A stretch of DNA of 64,000 nt from an uncultured Verrucomicrobiae bacterium (GCA_963788655.1 CAWBHS010000004.1:1-64000), one strand, 5' to 3'. Positions 11,016-22,857 are shown, counted from the first letter of the stretch. A program made the numbers and translations. Notes: a model not told the origin generated them from the sequence alone.

Positions 11016-11812
11016 TTACCGCCGGCATTGATGCAGGATCGCGCTCGATCAAAGTGGTACTGTTCGACTCCGAACGGTCGCAGGTGCTGTCTTCCGGCAT
11101 CGCGGATCAAGGTGTCGAACAACAACGATTGGCCACCGACTTATTTGCGCGAACCTTGGACGAAGCCCACTTGGAACGGGATCACATGGCGACCATTGTG
11201 GCTACGGGTTATGGTCGGAATGTCGTGCGTTTTGCCGACACCACGATCACCGAAATCACCTGTCACGCGCGGGGAGTACACCCTCTGGCGCCGGAGACGA
11301 AAACCATCATCGAAATCGGCGGCCAGGACAGCAAAATGATTCACCTCGAAGACGGCGGCCGGGTGCGAGACTTTGCCATGAATGACCGGTGCGCTGCGGG
11401 GACGGGTCGTTTCCTGGAGGTGGTGGCGGCGCGGCTCGGGGTGGACCTGCCCACGTTGGGCGAACTTAGCCGACAAAGCTTGAAACCCGCTCTTATCAGC
11501 AATACCTGCGTCGTGTTCGCCGAAACGGAAATCATCGGCTTGCTGGCCGAAGGCGCGGCACCAGCCGACGTGGCGGGGGGCGTGCAAAACGCCATCGCCA
11601 CCCGCATCAGCGCCATGGCCGGACGAACGCTTGAGCAGCCGGTCTATTTCACGGGCGGCGTCGCGTTGCAATCCGGAATGATTCGCGCGCTCGAAGAAGT
11701 ATTGTCCTGCCCGGTCCGCATTCCGCAACTGCCGCAATACACCGGCACCCTGGGAGCGGCCCTCCCGGCCAGCCGGCGCAAACGTTCTGCGCCGTCTGAC
11801 TCCCGGTCGTAG
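11012..11812 (+). CDS. Acyl-CoA dehydratase activase (HgdC/BadF/BadG-type ASKHA ATPase)
   Basis: GIDAGSRSIK, ATGYGR, TEITCHARG, IGGQDSK, MNDRCAAGTGRFLE, CVVFAETE, FTGGVA. Confidence 0.92.
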   Translation: MITAGIDAGSRSIKVVLFDSERSQVLSSGIADQGVEQQRLATDLFARTLDEAHLERDHMATIVATGYGRNVVRFADTTITEITCHARGVHPLAPETKTIIEIGGQDSKMIHLEDGGRVRDFAMNDRCAAGTGRFLEVVAARLGVDLPTLGELSRQSLKPALISNTCVVFAETEIIGLLAEGAAPADVAGGVQNAIATRISAMAGRTLEQPVYFTGGVALQSGMIRALEEVLSCPVRIPQLPQYTGTLGAALPASRRKRSAPSDSRS

Positions 11813-11934
11813 CGGCGCCTCGGCGGAGCGGTGGAGACTCTTCTTGTTCAAGTTGGCGGCGACCGCCCTATCGGTTGGGAACACAGCGTTGGGACACAGT
11901 TGCATTCAAGTGCGGCCTGGTCTTTCATTCGCCG

Positions 11935-12810
11935 ATGCAAGATCTGATTGCCAAAACGTCCACCTTGCTCGAAGCGCTGCCGTACATTCAGCGCTTCAGC
12001 GGCGCCACGTTCGTCGTCAAGTACGGGGGCAGTTTCATGGACTCACCCGATCCGGAAGTCCGTCAGGGCGTGGCCCGTGACATCGTATTTCTGGAAGCGG
12101 TGGAAATCAATCCGGTCGTCGTTCACGGCGGCGGCAAGGCCATTACGCGAGCGATGGAAAAGGCCGGGTTGGCGGCCACGTTCGTCCAGGGACAACGCGT
12201 GACCGATGCCGCGGCGGTCAGCGTGGTGGACCAGGTATTGTCGCGGGAAATCAATCCCGAGATTGTGCGCACCATCCAAACCTTGGGCGGCATGGCCAAA
12301 GGCTTTGCCGGCACGGAAATTTTCACCTGCCGCAAAAAGGAAGTCCTCGGTGCCGACGGCACCCCGGTGGACCTCGGGTTTGTGGGCGAAGTCACCGGCG
12401 TCAACACCGGTCCGTTGCTCAAGTGCATTGACAAGGGCATCACCCCGGTCATCAGCCCCACCGCCCGCGGTGAAGATGGCCAGATTTACAACTGCAACGC
12501 CGACGTGGCGGCGGGCATGGCGGCTATTGCGCTCAAGGCCAAGCGGTTGGTGTTCATGAGCGACGTGCCCGGTTTGATGCGCGATCCGCGCGATCCGGCG
12601 ACCATCATCCCGCATCTCCGCACCCACGAAGTCGGCGCGCTAAAGAAGGCCGGGGTGGTGGACAAGGGCATGATTCCGAAAGTGGACAGCGCGGTGGCCG
12701 CCATCAAGACCGGCGTGGACAAAGTATCGTTGGTGGATGGGCGCATCCCGCACGCGGTGTTGCTGGAAATCTTCACCGACGAAGGTGTGGGCACGGAAGT
12801 CGTCTTGTGA
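11935..12810 (+). CDS. argB: Acetylglutamate kinase
   Basis: EALPYIQRF, VVKYGGS, VVVHGGG, YNCNAD, GMIPKV, LLEIFTDEGVGT. Confidence 0.96.
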   Translation: MQDLIAKTSTLLEALPYIQRFSGATFVVKYGGSFMDSPDPEVRQGVARDIVFLEAVEINPVVVHGGGKAITRAMEKAGLAATFVQGQRVTDAAAVSVVDQVLSREINPEIVRTIQTLGGMAKGFAGTEIFTCRKKEVLGADGTPVDLGFVGEVTGVNTGPLLKCIDKGITPVISPTARGEDGQIYNCNADVAAGMAAIALKAKRLVFMSDVPGLMRDPRDPATIIPHLRTHEVGALKKAGVVDKGMIPKVDSAVAAIKTGVDKVSLVDGRIPHAVLLEIFTDEGVGTEVVL

Positions 12811-12864
12811 GGGACGGCGAAGTTTTCCTTTGCCCCCGTCCGCTTTCTTGGCCATGCTGGTGGC

Positions 12865-13365
12865 ATGGGCAAACGCCGCGAAGCACGGGAACGCGCCGTG
12901 CAATTTTTGTTTCAGTTTGATTTGAACGTTCCGGAAAACCTGGACGAGGCCTTGGGCCAATTCTGGGAATCGCAACGGGCGGCGGTGATTGCTTTGGACA
13001 AAGGCCGGGCCACCTGGGGTCAGCCCACGGAATTGCCACCCCCTTCCACCGAGGAACTGGCAACGCGAGTGTTCGCCGACCGGATCATCCGCGGCGTGCT
13101 CGAACATCGTGACGAGATGGATACCGAGATTCAGAAGTACTGTCAGAATTGGGAATTGCACCGGATCGCCGCGGTGGATCGTAACGTGCTACGGATGGCG
13201 ATCTACGAGATGCGGTATCGCGAGGACATCCCTCCGGTGGTGAGCATCAACGAAGCGGTGGACATCGCTAAAAAATATTCCACCGAAGAGAGCGGAAAAT
13301 TTGTCAATGGCATCCTGGACCGCATTCGCAAAGAAGTCCTGCGTCCCGCCCGAATTGTGAAATGA
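12865..13365 (+). CDS. nusB: Transcription antitermination factor NusB
   Basis: RREARERAVQFLFQ, DRNVLRMA.YE, INEAVDIAKKY, FVNGILD. Confidence 0.96.
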   Translation: MGKRREARERAVQFLFQFDLNVPENLDEALGQFWESQRAAVIALDKGRATWGQPTELPPPSTEELATRVFADRIIRGVLEHRDEMDTEIQKYCQNWELHRIAAVDRNVLRMAIYEMRYREDIPPVVSINEAVDIAKKYSTEESGKFVNGILDRIRKEVLRPARIVK

Positions 13366-14237
13366 TGAACGAGACTTTTGCCGACCTCCATCTGCACACC
13401 TGCTTTTCCGATGGCACCTACACGCCCGAGGAACTGGCGGGCGAAGCACAGCGTGCCGGCTTGCGGGCCATCGCGGTGACCGACCACGACACCACGGAAG
13501 GTTGCGCCCGAGCGGCGGCCGCCTGCCAGGCGCGCGGTATCGAGTTCATCCCTGCTTCGGAACTGACCGCGGAGATTGAGGGTCACGAGTTGCACCTGCT
13601 GGGCTATTTCCTGGACACCGAAAATGAACCGTTGCAGGCTGGGTTTGCCAAGTTCCAGGAGGTGCGCCAGCAACGGATTCGCGAAATGGTGGCGAAGCTC
13701 AACGCGCTGTCCATTCCGTTGCCAGCCGAACAAGTGTTTGCCTTGGCGAATTGCCGCGCCCCGGGCCGGCCGCACGTGGCGCGGGCGCTGGTGCGGGCGG
13801 GCTTTTGCCGCAGCCTGGACGAAGCCTTTGACCGGTTCCTCAAAAAAGGCAAACGAGCCTGGGTGCCCAAGTTCAAGATTTCCGCGCCGGACGCAATTGA
13901 CCTGGTGCAACAGGCGGGCGGGCTGGCCGTCATGGCGCATCCGGGGTTGAACCGGCCGGATGAATATATCCCGGACCTCGTGGCCGCCGGGCTGGATGGC
14001 ATCGAGTGTTTTCACACCAAACATTCCACCGCGACCACGGAATATTATCTGGAGGTGGCCGAACATCACCATCTGCTGGTCACCGGCGGCTCCGATTGCC
14101 ACGGCTTGAACAAGGGCAAGCCGCTGATCGGCACGATCAAGTTGCCGTATCACTATGTGGAACGGCTCCGCGAGCGTTTCTTCCAGCGCGCGGCGGAAAA
14201 CGGATTTCTGCTCGCCGACCAAGACCGCCAAGTCTGA
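13362..14237 (+). CDS. PHP domain phosphoesterase (TrpH/YciV-like)
   Basis: DLHLHT..SDG, TDHDT, GRPHVA, AHP, TGGSDCHG. Confidence 0.9.
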   Translation: MMNETFADLHLHTCFSDGTYTPEELAGEAQRAGLRAIAVTDHDTTEGCARAAAACQARGIEFIPASELTAEIEGHELHLLGYFLDTENEPLQAGFAKFQEVRQQRIREMVAKLNALSIPLPAEQVFALANCRAPGRPHVARALVRAGFCRSLDEAFDRFLKKGKRAWVPKFKISAPDAIDLVQQAGGLAVMAHPGLNRPDEYIPDLVAAGLDGIECFHTKHSTATTEYYLEVAEHHHLLVTGGSDCHGLNKGKPLIGTIKLPYHYVERLRERFFQRAAENGFLLADQDRQV

Positions 14238-14266
14238 TCCAACTCACCATTGCCTCACCGCTTCCC

Positions 14267-15184
14267 ATGAATTTGTTCGATCGCTTCAAATCGGGCCTGC
14301 AAAAGACCCACGCCAAACTGACGCACGAAATCAAACGCATCGTCACGCGGTCGCCCAAACTGGCCGGCGGGTCGCTCGAGGAATTGGAAGCCGCGCTGAT
14401 GGGCGCAGACCTGGGCATGGCCATGACGGCCCAAATCATGGCCGCAGTGAAGAAGGCCTACGAAACCCAGGGACGCTCCGGCTCGGCGGTGTTCGCGATC
14501 GGCTGCCAGGAAGTCGAAAAGAGCTTCAGCAATGGCGAATCCGCGTTAAAGGCTCAACCCAGCGGACCGACGGTGGTTTCGATCGTCGGCGTCAACGGCA
14601 CCGGCAAAACCACCACCGCCGCCAAACTGGCGCACTTGGTCCAGTCCCAACAACAAACCGCGCTGCTGGCCGCGTGCGACACCTTCCGCGCCGCCGCCAT
14701 CGAGCAACTCAAGCTCTGGGGCCAACGCTTGAATGTGCCGGTCGTGGCCGGCGCCTATGGAGCCGATCCCGCCGCCGTGGCGCACGATGCCGTGGCCGCC
14801 GCGCAAGCGCGCAACATGGATTACCTGTTCGTGGACACCGCCGGGCGCCTGCACACCAAGCACAACCTGATGCAGGAATTGCAGAAAGTGCATCGCGTGA
14901 TGGGCAAGAAACTGCCCGGCGCGCCGCACGAAGTGCTGCTGGTGCTCGACGGTACGACCGGAATGAACGCGCTCAACCAGGCGCGCGAATTCAACAAGAT
15001 CGTCCCGCTGACCGGCCTGGTGATCACCAAGCTCGACGGCACCAGCAAGGGCGGCATGGTCGTGGCGATTCAGAAGGAACTGGGTCTGCCGGTCAAATTC
15101 ATCGGCCTCGGCGAACAGCCGGATGACCTGCAGCCGTTCGAGCCGCGTCAGTTTGCCGAGGCATTGTTTTCCGACAAGGAATAG
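14267..15184 (+). CDS. ftsY: Signal recognition particle receptor FtsY (NG domain only)
   Basis: GVNGTGKTTT, DTFRAAAIEQL, DTAGRLH, TKLDGTSKGG, IGLGEQPDDLQPF. Confidence 0.96.
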   Translation: MNLFDRFKSGLQKTHAKLTHEIKRIVTRSPKLAGGSLEELEAALMGADLGMAMTAQIMAAVKKAYETQGRSGSAVFAIGCQEVEKSFSNGESALKAQPSGPTVVSIVGVNGTGKTTTAAKLAHLVQSQQQTALLAACDTFRAAAIEQLKLWGQRLNVPVVAGAYGADPAAVAHDAVAAAQARNMDYLFVDTAGRLHTKHNLMQELQKVHRVMGKKLPGAPHEVLLVLDGTTGMNALNQAREFNKIVPLTGLVITKLDGTSKGGMVVAIQKELGLPVKFIGLGEQPDDLQPFEPRQFAEALFSDKE

Positions 15185-15323
15185 CCCGAGGTCTGAAGAC
15201 TGAAGCGGAGCGCGGGTATCTTCATCCGCACAATTGAAATTCCGTGCTCTGACGGATGAAGACATCTTGGCTCAGGACTCCTGAACCGGCGCTTTGGCAT
15301 TTGTCTGGTACGCAACGGACGTG

Positions 15324-15392
15324 AACCCCCTCACCCCATCCCTCACCCCCGCCTTGGGGGAGAGGGTGCCCGAAGGGCGGGTGAGGGGGATT
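15324..15392. repeat. REP-like hairpin (cccctcacccc...gggtgagggg family)
   Basis: aaccccctcaccccatccctcacccccgccttgggggagagggtgcccgaagggcgggtgagggggatt. Confidence 0.6.
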
Positions 15393-15621
15393 TAAAAGGG
15401 CTCACCAGTTTTCCACGGGATGGGGCGCTTGACGCTCCGGCGCCCATGGCTTCTGCCTTTCGCAATAATTTCCCCCCAAACCCAGCTTGTCACGCGGACG
15501 CGATTCTGGCACTGTGCGGCCTCATCGGCTGTGCATGAAGATTTTGGATTTGGCTTTAGTGCCGCTGTTTATCTTTTTATCCTGTTGAAAATTAGCACCG
15601 CCGGAAACAACCTGATCCATC

Positions 15622-16893
<1,272 letters not shown>

Positions 16894-16960
16894 CCTGCGG
16901 TTTGGGTGAGAGGCGCTCGAACGATGCCGTTCATGCGAGTCCAATCCCAAAGTTTGAACA

Positions 16961-17495
16961 GCCGGCAGCACGTTGACAGCGTGCTGCTGGCGTCCCCGGC
17001 AGAAACGGAAGCACGAGGAACACTCGAACCGATGCCGACATCCGAGGCGTTTGGTGCGCTCGACGTTGCTTGGCAATTCGTGGCGTCTTTTTCCGTTCGC
17101 TCTGCCGGCAAGATGCCGGCAGCACGTTGGTAGCGTGCTGCTGGCGTCCCGCCGGCAGAAACGGAAGCACGAGGAACACTCGAAGCGATGCCGACATCCG
17201 AGGCGTTTGGTGCGTTCGAGGATGCTTGGCAATTCGTGGCGTCTTTTTCCGTTCGCTCTGCCGGCAAGATGCCGGCAGCACGTTGGTAGCGTGCTGGTGG
17301 CGTCCCGCCGACAGAAACGGATGCACAAGGAACACTCGAACCGATGCCGACATCCGAGGCGTTTGGTGCGCTCGACGTTGCTTGGCAATTCGTGGCGCCT
17401 TCTTCCGTCCGCTCTGCCGGCAAGATGCCGGCAGCACGTTGACAGCGTGCTGGTGGCGTCCCGCCGGCAGAAACGGAAGCACGAGGAACACACGA
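16961..17495. repeat. Tandem array of a 156-bp REP-doublet unit, about 3.4 copies
   Basis: gccggcagcacgttg recurs at 16961, 17115, 17271 and 17427; units are near-identical along their whole length. Confidence 0.95.
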
Positions 17496-17605
17496 ACCGC
17501 CGCCCCGCGCTTCTGTTCGGACGTGTCGCACTCTTTGGACACTGGATTCGCTGCCAGCGCCCGTTATCGGCGGCGGTCGGTGATCCTTGGCGTTAACCCG
17601 AGATT

Positions 17606-18103
17606 ATGAGAGCTTCCTTCAAGCAAAAGATGCTTGCCGATACAGCCGCCGCCGCCCTTGGCCTCCTCTTGGTTTGGAGCATTTTGTATTTCGTTCATGG
17701 GGCCGCAATTCTGAAGGCCCATCCACTTCCGGACGGCATGAACTGGCGGCCCTATTCGTTCAACTGGCACACGCTGATCCGCTGGCTTTCGATTGCCGTC
17801 ATGTGGGTGTGCCTCCGCGACATCTCGTTCCGAATTGCCAGCAGCGTCCGGTGGACATCGTTGTCGGTGGTGCTCACGATCTTGGCCTCATTACTCGCGT
17901 GGGCCGGAGGCATGGCGATGGACCAAATATTTGATCTGAGGCACTCCCATGGTGCGCACAATTCAGTGATCCAGTACAGTTTTCTCGCCGTATGCTTCGG
18001 CTGGGCACTGGCATCGCAATTCGCCTATTCGTCATCTTTATTTCCAGATTCACAGCGAACAAATTTGGCGGAGAACACGGGCAAACCAATCGAATCAGAA
18101 TGA
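17606..18103 (+). CDS. Hypothetical membrane protein (about 4 TM segments)
   Basis: Open frame with several hydrophobic stretches; no recognised motif. Confidence 0.5.
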   Translation: MRASFKQKMLADTAAAALGLLLVWSILYFVHGAAILKAHPLPDGMNWRPYSFNWHTLIRWLSIAVMWVCLRDISFRIASSVRWTSLSVVLTILASLLAWAGGMAMDQIFDLRHSHGAHNSVIQYSFLAVCFGWALASQFAYSSSLFPDSQRTNLAENTGKPIESE

Positions 18104-18191
18104 ACGGCCAACACATCAGTTTACAATTCGAGCGGTATCGGGATGCCCTTTATCGGTCATTGCGTTCGGCAACAATCAACGAGCAACTACA

Positions 18192-18503
18192 ATGAACACT
18201 CAATCAAGACATTTTCTCTGGGCGCTGGCCGGCTTCTGCGGGGGATTCCTACTTTGTTTTTGCATGCTTGCCCCTTCGCAGACCACCGCGACTAGGAGCG
18301 CCACTGTTGGATCAACTGTCGCCTTCATGCAGGTTCAAACTCAGGAACTCCATTTCACACTGCCAAATGGTATTCCGGCGAAGATGTCGCCCAATTTCAG
18401 GCCGGTGGTTCCAGACGAGTTAGCGGACCCATTGTCCCGGATTCGTCGGGATTATGATTTGATCGATACCGGCTTCCAACCCGACTTGAAGGACACGAAA
18501 TGA
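18192..18503 (+). CDS. Hypothetical protein with N-terminal membrane anchor or signal
   Basis: ATG start and hydrophobic N-terminus (FLWALAGFCGGFLLCFCML). Confidence 0.45.
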   Translation: MNTQSRHFLWALAGFCGGFLLCFCMLAPSQTTATRSATVGSTVAFMQVQTQELHFTLPNGIPAKMSPNFRPVVPDELADPLSRIRRDYDLIDTGFQPDLKDTK

Positions 18504-18708
18504 AGCGGAAGCATCCAGGTGGATCGAAGCGCCACCGGCCGGGTCCGTGGCGAGGCCGGTCAGATTATCCAACGCCGGATTGGCTGTCGCGGGTTCCGGA
18601 TTGTCGGCGGCTTTTTCAAATCGACCTCAGTCGGCACCGTTTGCGGAGCAAGACGTATCGCCAAATACGGGCCGGAGCCGTAACGGTGCTCCCGCAACAG
18701 GGGGCCCG

Positions 18709-19251
18709 TTACTTAATGGGTTTGAACTTGAATTTCTGGCCGCCGATGCTGGCTTCGTACATCAATCCGCCTTTGGCGAGGGTGAAGACGGCCACGCCCT
18801 GCTGATACTTGGCGTTGGCCGAAGCTCCTTCGGCGGCGGCCACCGCACTAACCTGGGCGCTGAAAGCCAATTTGCTTTCCTTGAAATCGCTCAGCGCCGG
18901 TTCGCTGTCGAAGAAGATCACTTCCGCGTAGGACTGACCGCCCAATTGAAAGCCGATGGTGACTTGCGTCATCGACGTTTCGCCAATGAGCTTGCCCTTT
19001 TCATATACCAATCCATTGCCGTGCGCGGCGCCCACGCCAAAGGCGCCCTTGCCAATGCCGGGAAACACGGCGTAGCCCTTTGATTTATTAAAAAACTTCT
19101 TGAGCCCGGGATCGGTCTTTTGGAACAGCGCAATGGTCTCTTGGACTTCCTTCTTCATCTTGCTCTGGCTCGCCGCCCGACTGTTCGGGCTCAGGGACAG
19201 CGTTAGAAGAACCGGCAATATTCCACCCAGGATGATCTTCGTGTACTTCAC
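18709..19251 (-). CDS. Ysc84/SYLF (lipid-binding) domain exported protein
   Basis: Signal peptide; GYAVFPGIGKGAFGVGAAHGNG, IGFQLGGQ, KGGLMYEASIGGQKF. Confidence 0.85.
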   Translation of the reverse strand: MKYTKIILGGILPVLLTLSLSPNSRAASQSKMKKEVQETIALFQKTDPGLKKFFNKSKGYAVFPGIGKGAFGVGAAHGNGLVYEKGKLIGETSMTQVTIGFQLGGQSYAEVIFFDSEPALSDFKESKLAFSAQVSAVAAAEGASANAKYQQGVAVFTLAKGGLMYEASIGGQKFKFKPIK

Positions 19252-19458
19252 AATGCCTTACTCGTTTCGTTGATTGTTTGTCCGTCACCGTCAACCGACC
19301 GGCAATTTCCGGCCCCGGTGCGCGACACGGTATCGCGGCAGCCTGGCGGCGTCAATGGCTTGACCGCTGCCCCCCGGTGAATTGGCTGAATCACACGATG
19401 CGCTGAAGATTATCGCCGACGCTGCCGATATACCGGGAAAAACTCCAAGCATGCCCAA

Positions 19459-20211
19459 ATGAGCCGACCCCAACTCCAGACGCAACCTTCCGAACTGCCG
19501 CACCAGGGCCAGGTCCGTGCCAATGCCGGTCCGGAGCAGACCCGCGAGCATTCGGGGCAGACTGGGCAGACTGGGCAGACTGGGGGGCTTCCGGCGAAAG
19601 CTACCCCGGAAAAGGTCGCGGCCGGTGCGCCAGAACCGACTCCTGTTCCCGACAACGTCATTGTGCCGTTGGCGCCTTACCAAGAATCGCAATTCGTGGA
19701 TGTCCCGGGAAACTGCGTCCCCGCCAATTTGGAAGTGCGGGCAATCAACGGTGGTCTGCGGGTGACCTTCCTGTTACACGATTATTCCTGGATTGCCCTG
19801 CCGGTGTTTGAAGCCGCGCCGTTTTTGGTTTTTGCGTACTTGTTGACCCGCAAGCTGCCGGGAACATTCCCCCTGGTGGTGGGGCTGTTTGGAGCCGCGA
19901 TCTTGGTGGGCTGCGTATGGGAGTTCCTGCGAGAACGCCACCTGGAAATTCGACCGGACCGCCTCGATAACGTGGCGTCGGTGCTCGGAGCAGAACTGTT
20001 TCGCCGCAGCCTGCCCGCGGCGCAAATCGAACGCGTCCTGATCCGCTCGCAGGTGAACGGTGCGCGGTTGCTCTCCATTGAAAGCAACGCCGATATCTGG
20101 GAAGTGGGCGCGGCCTTGGAAGAAAAAAACCTGCAATGGCTGGAGGACTTGATCCTGGCCCACATCCGCCCAGCCACCCCGCGCGACGAACCCCTGCGCC
20201 TGGCCGCTTAG
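19459..20211 (+). CDS. Hypothetical membrane protein with low-complexity N-terminus
   Basis: Two central TM segments; 3x 9-bp repeat gggcagact (GQT) at 19555-19581. Confidence 0.55.
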   Translation: MSRPQLQTQPSELPHQGQVRANAGPEQTREHSGQTGQTGQTGGLPAKATPEKVAAGAPEPTPVPDNVIVPLAPYQESQFVDVPGNCVPANLEVRAINGGLRVTFLLHDYSWIALPVFEAAPFLVFAYLLTRKLPGTFPLVVGLFGAAILVGCVWEFLRERHLEIRPDRLDNVASVLGAELFRRSLPAAQIERVLIRSQVNGARLLSIESNADIWEVGAALEEKNLQWLEDLILAHIRPATPRDEPLRLAA

Positions 20212-20332
20212 GCTTTCACCGAACGCTTTGCTCCTTTACGAATCGAAGGGGAAGCGTGCCAGATTTCAGAGCGCGTAACGGCCATTTGATCCCGTTGTCT
20301 GACTTGGTTTGCGATTGAGGTCAGGATTGCGG

Positions 20333-21539
20333 CTACTCCCAGCGCAGGTACTCGGACCGTTGTTCCGGCCAGCAGGGTTGCAAACGGCGCGACTTCCACC
20401 AAACCGTTGGCTTTAGCCAACGACGAGAGCACGTGCGATCCTTGCCGGCCGGCGGAGCAGACTTGTCCGGTTTGATCCACAATCACCCGCATGAAATGAC
20501 ACCGGTCGCCGGGATTGCGCAACGGTTCTGCCAGGACGCCGGGAAAAGCGGGCAATTCCCAATGCGTCGCGCCTTGCATCTGCAGTAGAGCAGGGCGCAC
20601 CAGCAGAAGAAACGTTACCAGGGCGGACACGGGATTGCCTGGCAGGCCGAAGAAACACTTGTCACCCCAATGGCCATAGACGAACGGCTTGCCGGGGCGG
20701 ATGGCGATCTTCCAAAAATCCAGATTGCCGCCCATGGCTTCAAAGGCCTGTTTGACCAGATCCAATTCGCCCACGGAAGCGCCGCCGGTGGTGATGACCG
20801 CGTCGGATTCGGCAAACGCCTTTTCCAAGGCGGCGTGGGTGGCAGAAAGGTCATCGGGCACCAGCGGAAAAACTCGGGGCTTGGCGGCGATGGATTGCAG
20901 CAAGGCCCCAAGGCTGACGCGATTACTCTCATATATTTTGCCGGGTTTCAGTGCCCGACTGCGGTCGATCAATTCGCTGCCCGTAGCGAGCAAGGCCACC
21001 ACCGGCTGACGGCTGACTTGAACACGGCGCAATCCGAGCGAGGCCAGCAAGCTTAGGCTGCCGGCTCCCAACCGTTCGCCCCGCGCGGCCACCAAGCTGT
21101 CCGCTTTGAGATCCTCGCCGTGCAGGCGCACGTGTTCCCAGGTTTGAACGCCATCCACAACCAGAATATGCTCCGGCTGGTTCGGCGCGGCCACCGTATC
21201 TTCCTGCATCACCACGGCGTCGGCTCCGGGCGGCAGCGCGGACCCCGTGAACACCCGAACACAGGCGCCGGGTTCGAGGGCGGTTTGCGGAATTTCACCG
21301 GCCGCAACTTGACCAATGACGCGCAAGCAAACCGGAGCTTCCGCGCGGGCCTTGACGACTTCTTCGGCGCGGACTGCGTAGCCGTCCATCGCCGAATTGT
21401 CGAAACGTGGAAGATCAAATGGCGCCGTAATCGGCTTGGCGAGGATGCGACCGGCACTGGCGGCGAGGGGAATGGACTCGCTGGGCAGACTTTTTACGGA
21501 GGCAAGAACCTGCCGCAACGCATCGGACAAATCTAACAT
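20333..21539 (-). CDS. moeA: Molybdopterin molybdenumtransferase
   Basis: PRFDNSAMDGYAV, TGSALPPGADAVVMQED, TTGGASVG, PGKP, FGLPGNPVS. End placed at 20333 assuming one extra base near 20348 (VRVLRWE*); as assembled the ORF runs to 20208. Confidence 0.92.
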
Positions 21540-21634
21540 GCCGCGAGTCTCGGATGGGGATTGTTGAAAGTCGAACAAAAGTGCTGAGTTTCCGGTTGAG
21601 TTTTGACTGCGGCATGCTACAAGGAGGCCGAATA

Positions 21635-22108
21635 ATGAAGATAACGGATGTATTGATCACCGAACACGCGTTGTTTAACCGCGTGTTTGCGCAAGTGGAA
21701 CGCGCCCTTTCCCAATGTGGTGCGGTGAAGGAGGTCCAAATGCTGGCTGGTTTGGTCGAAGGCTTGTTGCGTCATCATGGGGAGACGGAAGCTCACCTCG
21801 CCTACGTTGCCCTGGATCATGCGTTGAAGGAGAAAGGCAAACTGGATCGCTTGCACGAGGAACACCAGGAAATCGACCGGCATTTCGAACAGGTGCGGTC
21901 AGCCTCCGACCTCGAAACCGCCCGCCGCCTGCTCCATACGGCATTGCAATCCTCGCGCGATCATTTTCGTTACGAAGAACGTCACCTGTTTCCACTGCTC
22001 GAACAGGTGCTGCAACCGGAAGCCCTGTCCAAACTAGGCCACGCCAGCTTGCAAGACTACGTGTCGCCGCCCAAAGACGCAAAGGCTGCGATGCCTCGCG
22101 CAGCTTGA
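21635..22108 (+). CDS. Hemerythrin/HHE domain protein
   Basis: AGGAGG RBS; EH...HHGETE...EEHQEI...HFRYEERHLFPL. Confidence 0.85.
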   Translation: MKITDVLITEHALFNRVFAQVERALSQCGAVKEVQMLAGLVEGLLRHHGETEAHLAYVALDHALKEKGKLDRLHEEHQEIDRHFEQVRSASDLETARRLLHTALQSSRDHFRYEERHLFPLLEQVLQPEALSKLGHASLQDYVSPPKDAKAAMPRAA

Positions 22109-22122
22109 GATTGTTATTAGCA

Positions 22123-22852
22123 GTTGGGTAGCGTGCTGTCGGCGTCCCGCCGACAGAAACGGATGCACGCCTGCCGTGCGAATGGTCACGAGACGTTGAT
22201 TCGCACCTCCCGTTCCAAACTGCCGGCAAGATGCCGGCAGCACGTTGGGTAGCGTGCTGTTGGCGTCCCGCCGACAGAAACGGATGCACGCCTGCCATGC
22301 GAAGGATCACGAGGCGCTAATTCGCACCTCCCGTTCCAAACTGCCGGCAAGATGCCGGCAGCACGTTGGGTAGCGTGCTGTCGGCGTCCCGCCGACAGAA
22401 ACGGATGCACGCACGGCGTGCGAATGGTCACGAGACGTTGATTCGCACCTCCCGTTCCAAACTGCCGGCAAGATGCCGGCAGCACGTTGGGCAGCGTGCT
22501 GTTGGCGTCCCGCCGACAGAAACGGATGCACGCCTGCCGTGCGAATGGTCACGAGACGTTGATTCACACCTCCCGTTCCAAACTGCCGGCAAGATGCCGG
22601 CAGCACGTTGGGTAGCGTGCTGTTGGCGTCCCGCCGACAGAAACGGATGCACGCCTGCCATGCGAAGGATCACGAGGCGCTAATTCGCACCTCCCGTTCC
22701 AAACTGCCGGCAAGATGCCGGCAGCACGTTGGGTAGCGTGCTGTTGGCGTCCCGCCGACAGAAACGGACGTAAGCCTGCCGTGCGAATGATCACGGGACG
22801 CTGATTCGCACCTCCCGTTCCAAACTGCCGGCAAGATGCTGGCAGCACGTTG
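22123..22852. repeat. Tandem array of a 121-bp REP-doublet unit, 6 copies
   Basis: gttggg(t/c)agcgtgctg recurs at 22123, 22244, 22365, 22486, 22607 and 22728; fills the gap between convergent genes. Confidence 0.97.
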
Positions 22853-22857
22853 ATGGC

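Noticed and set aside
16961..22852. CRISPR interpretation of the two tandem arrays
   Set aside because: Inter-repeat segments are near-identical rather than unique spacers, units are 121-156 bp, and no cas genes are in the window.
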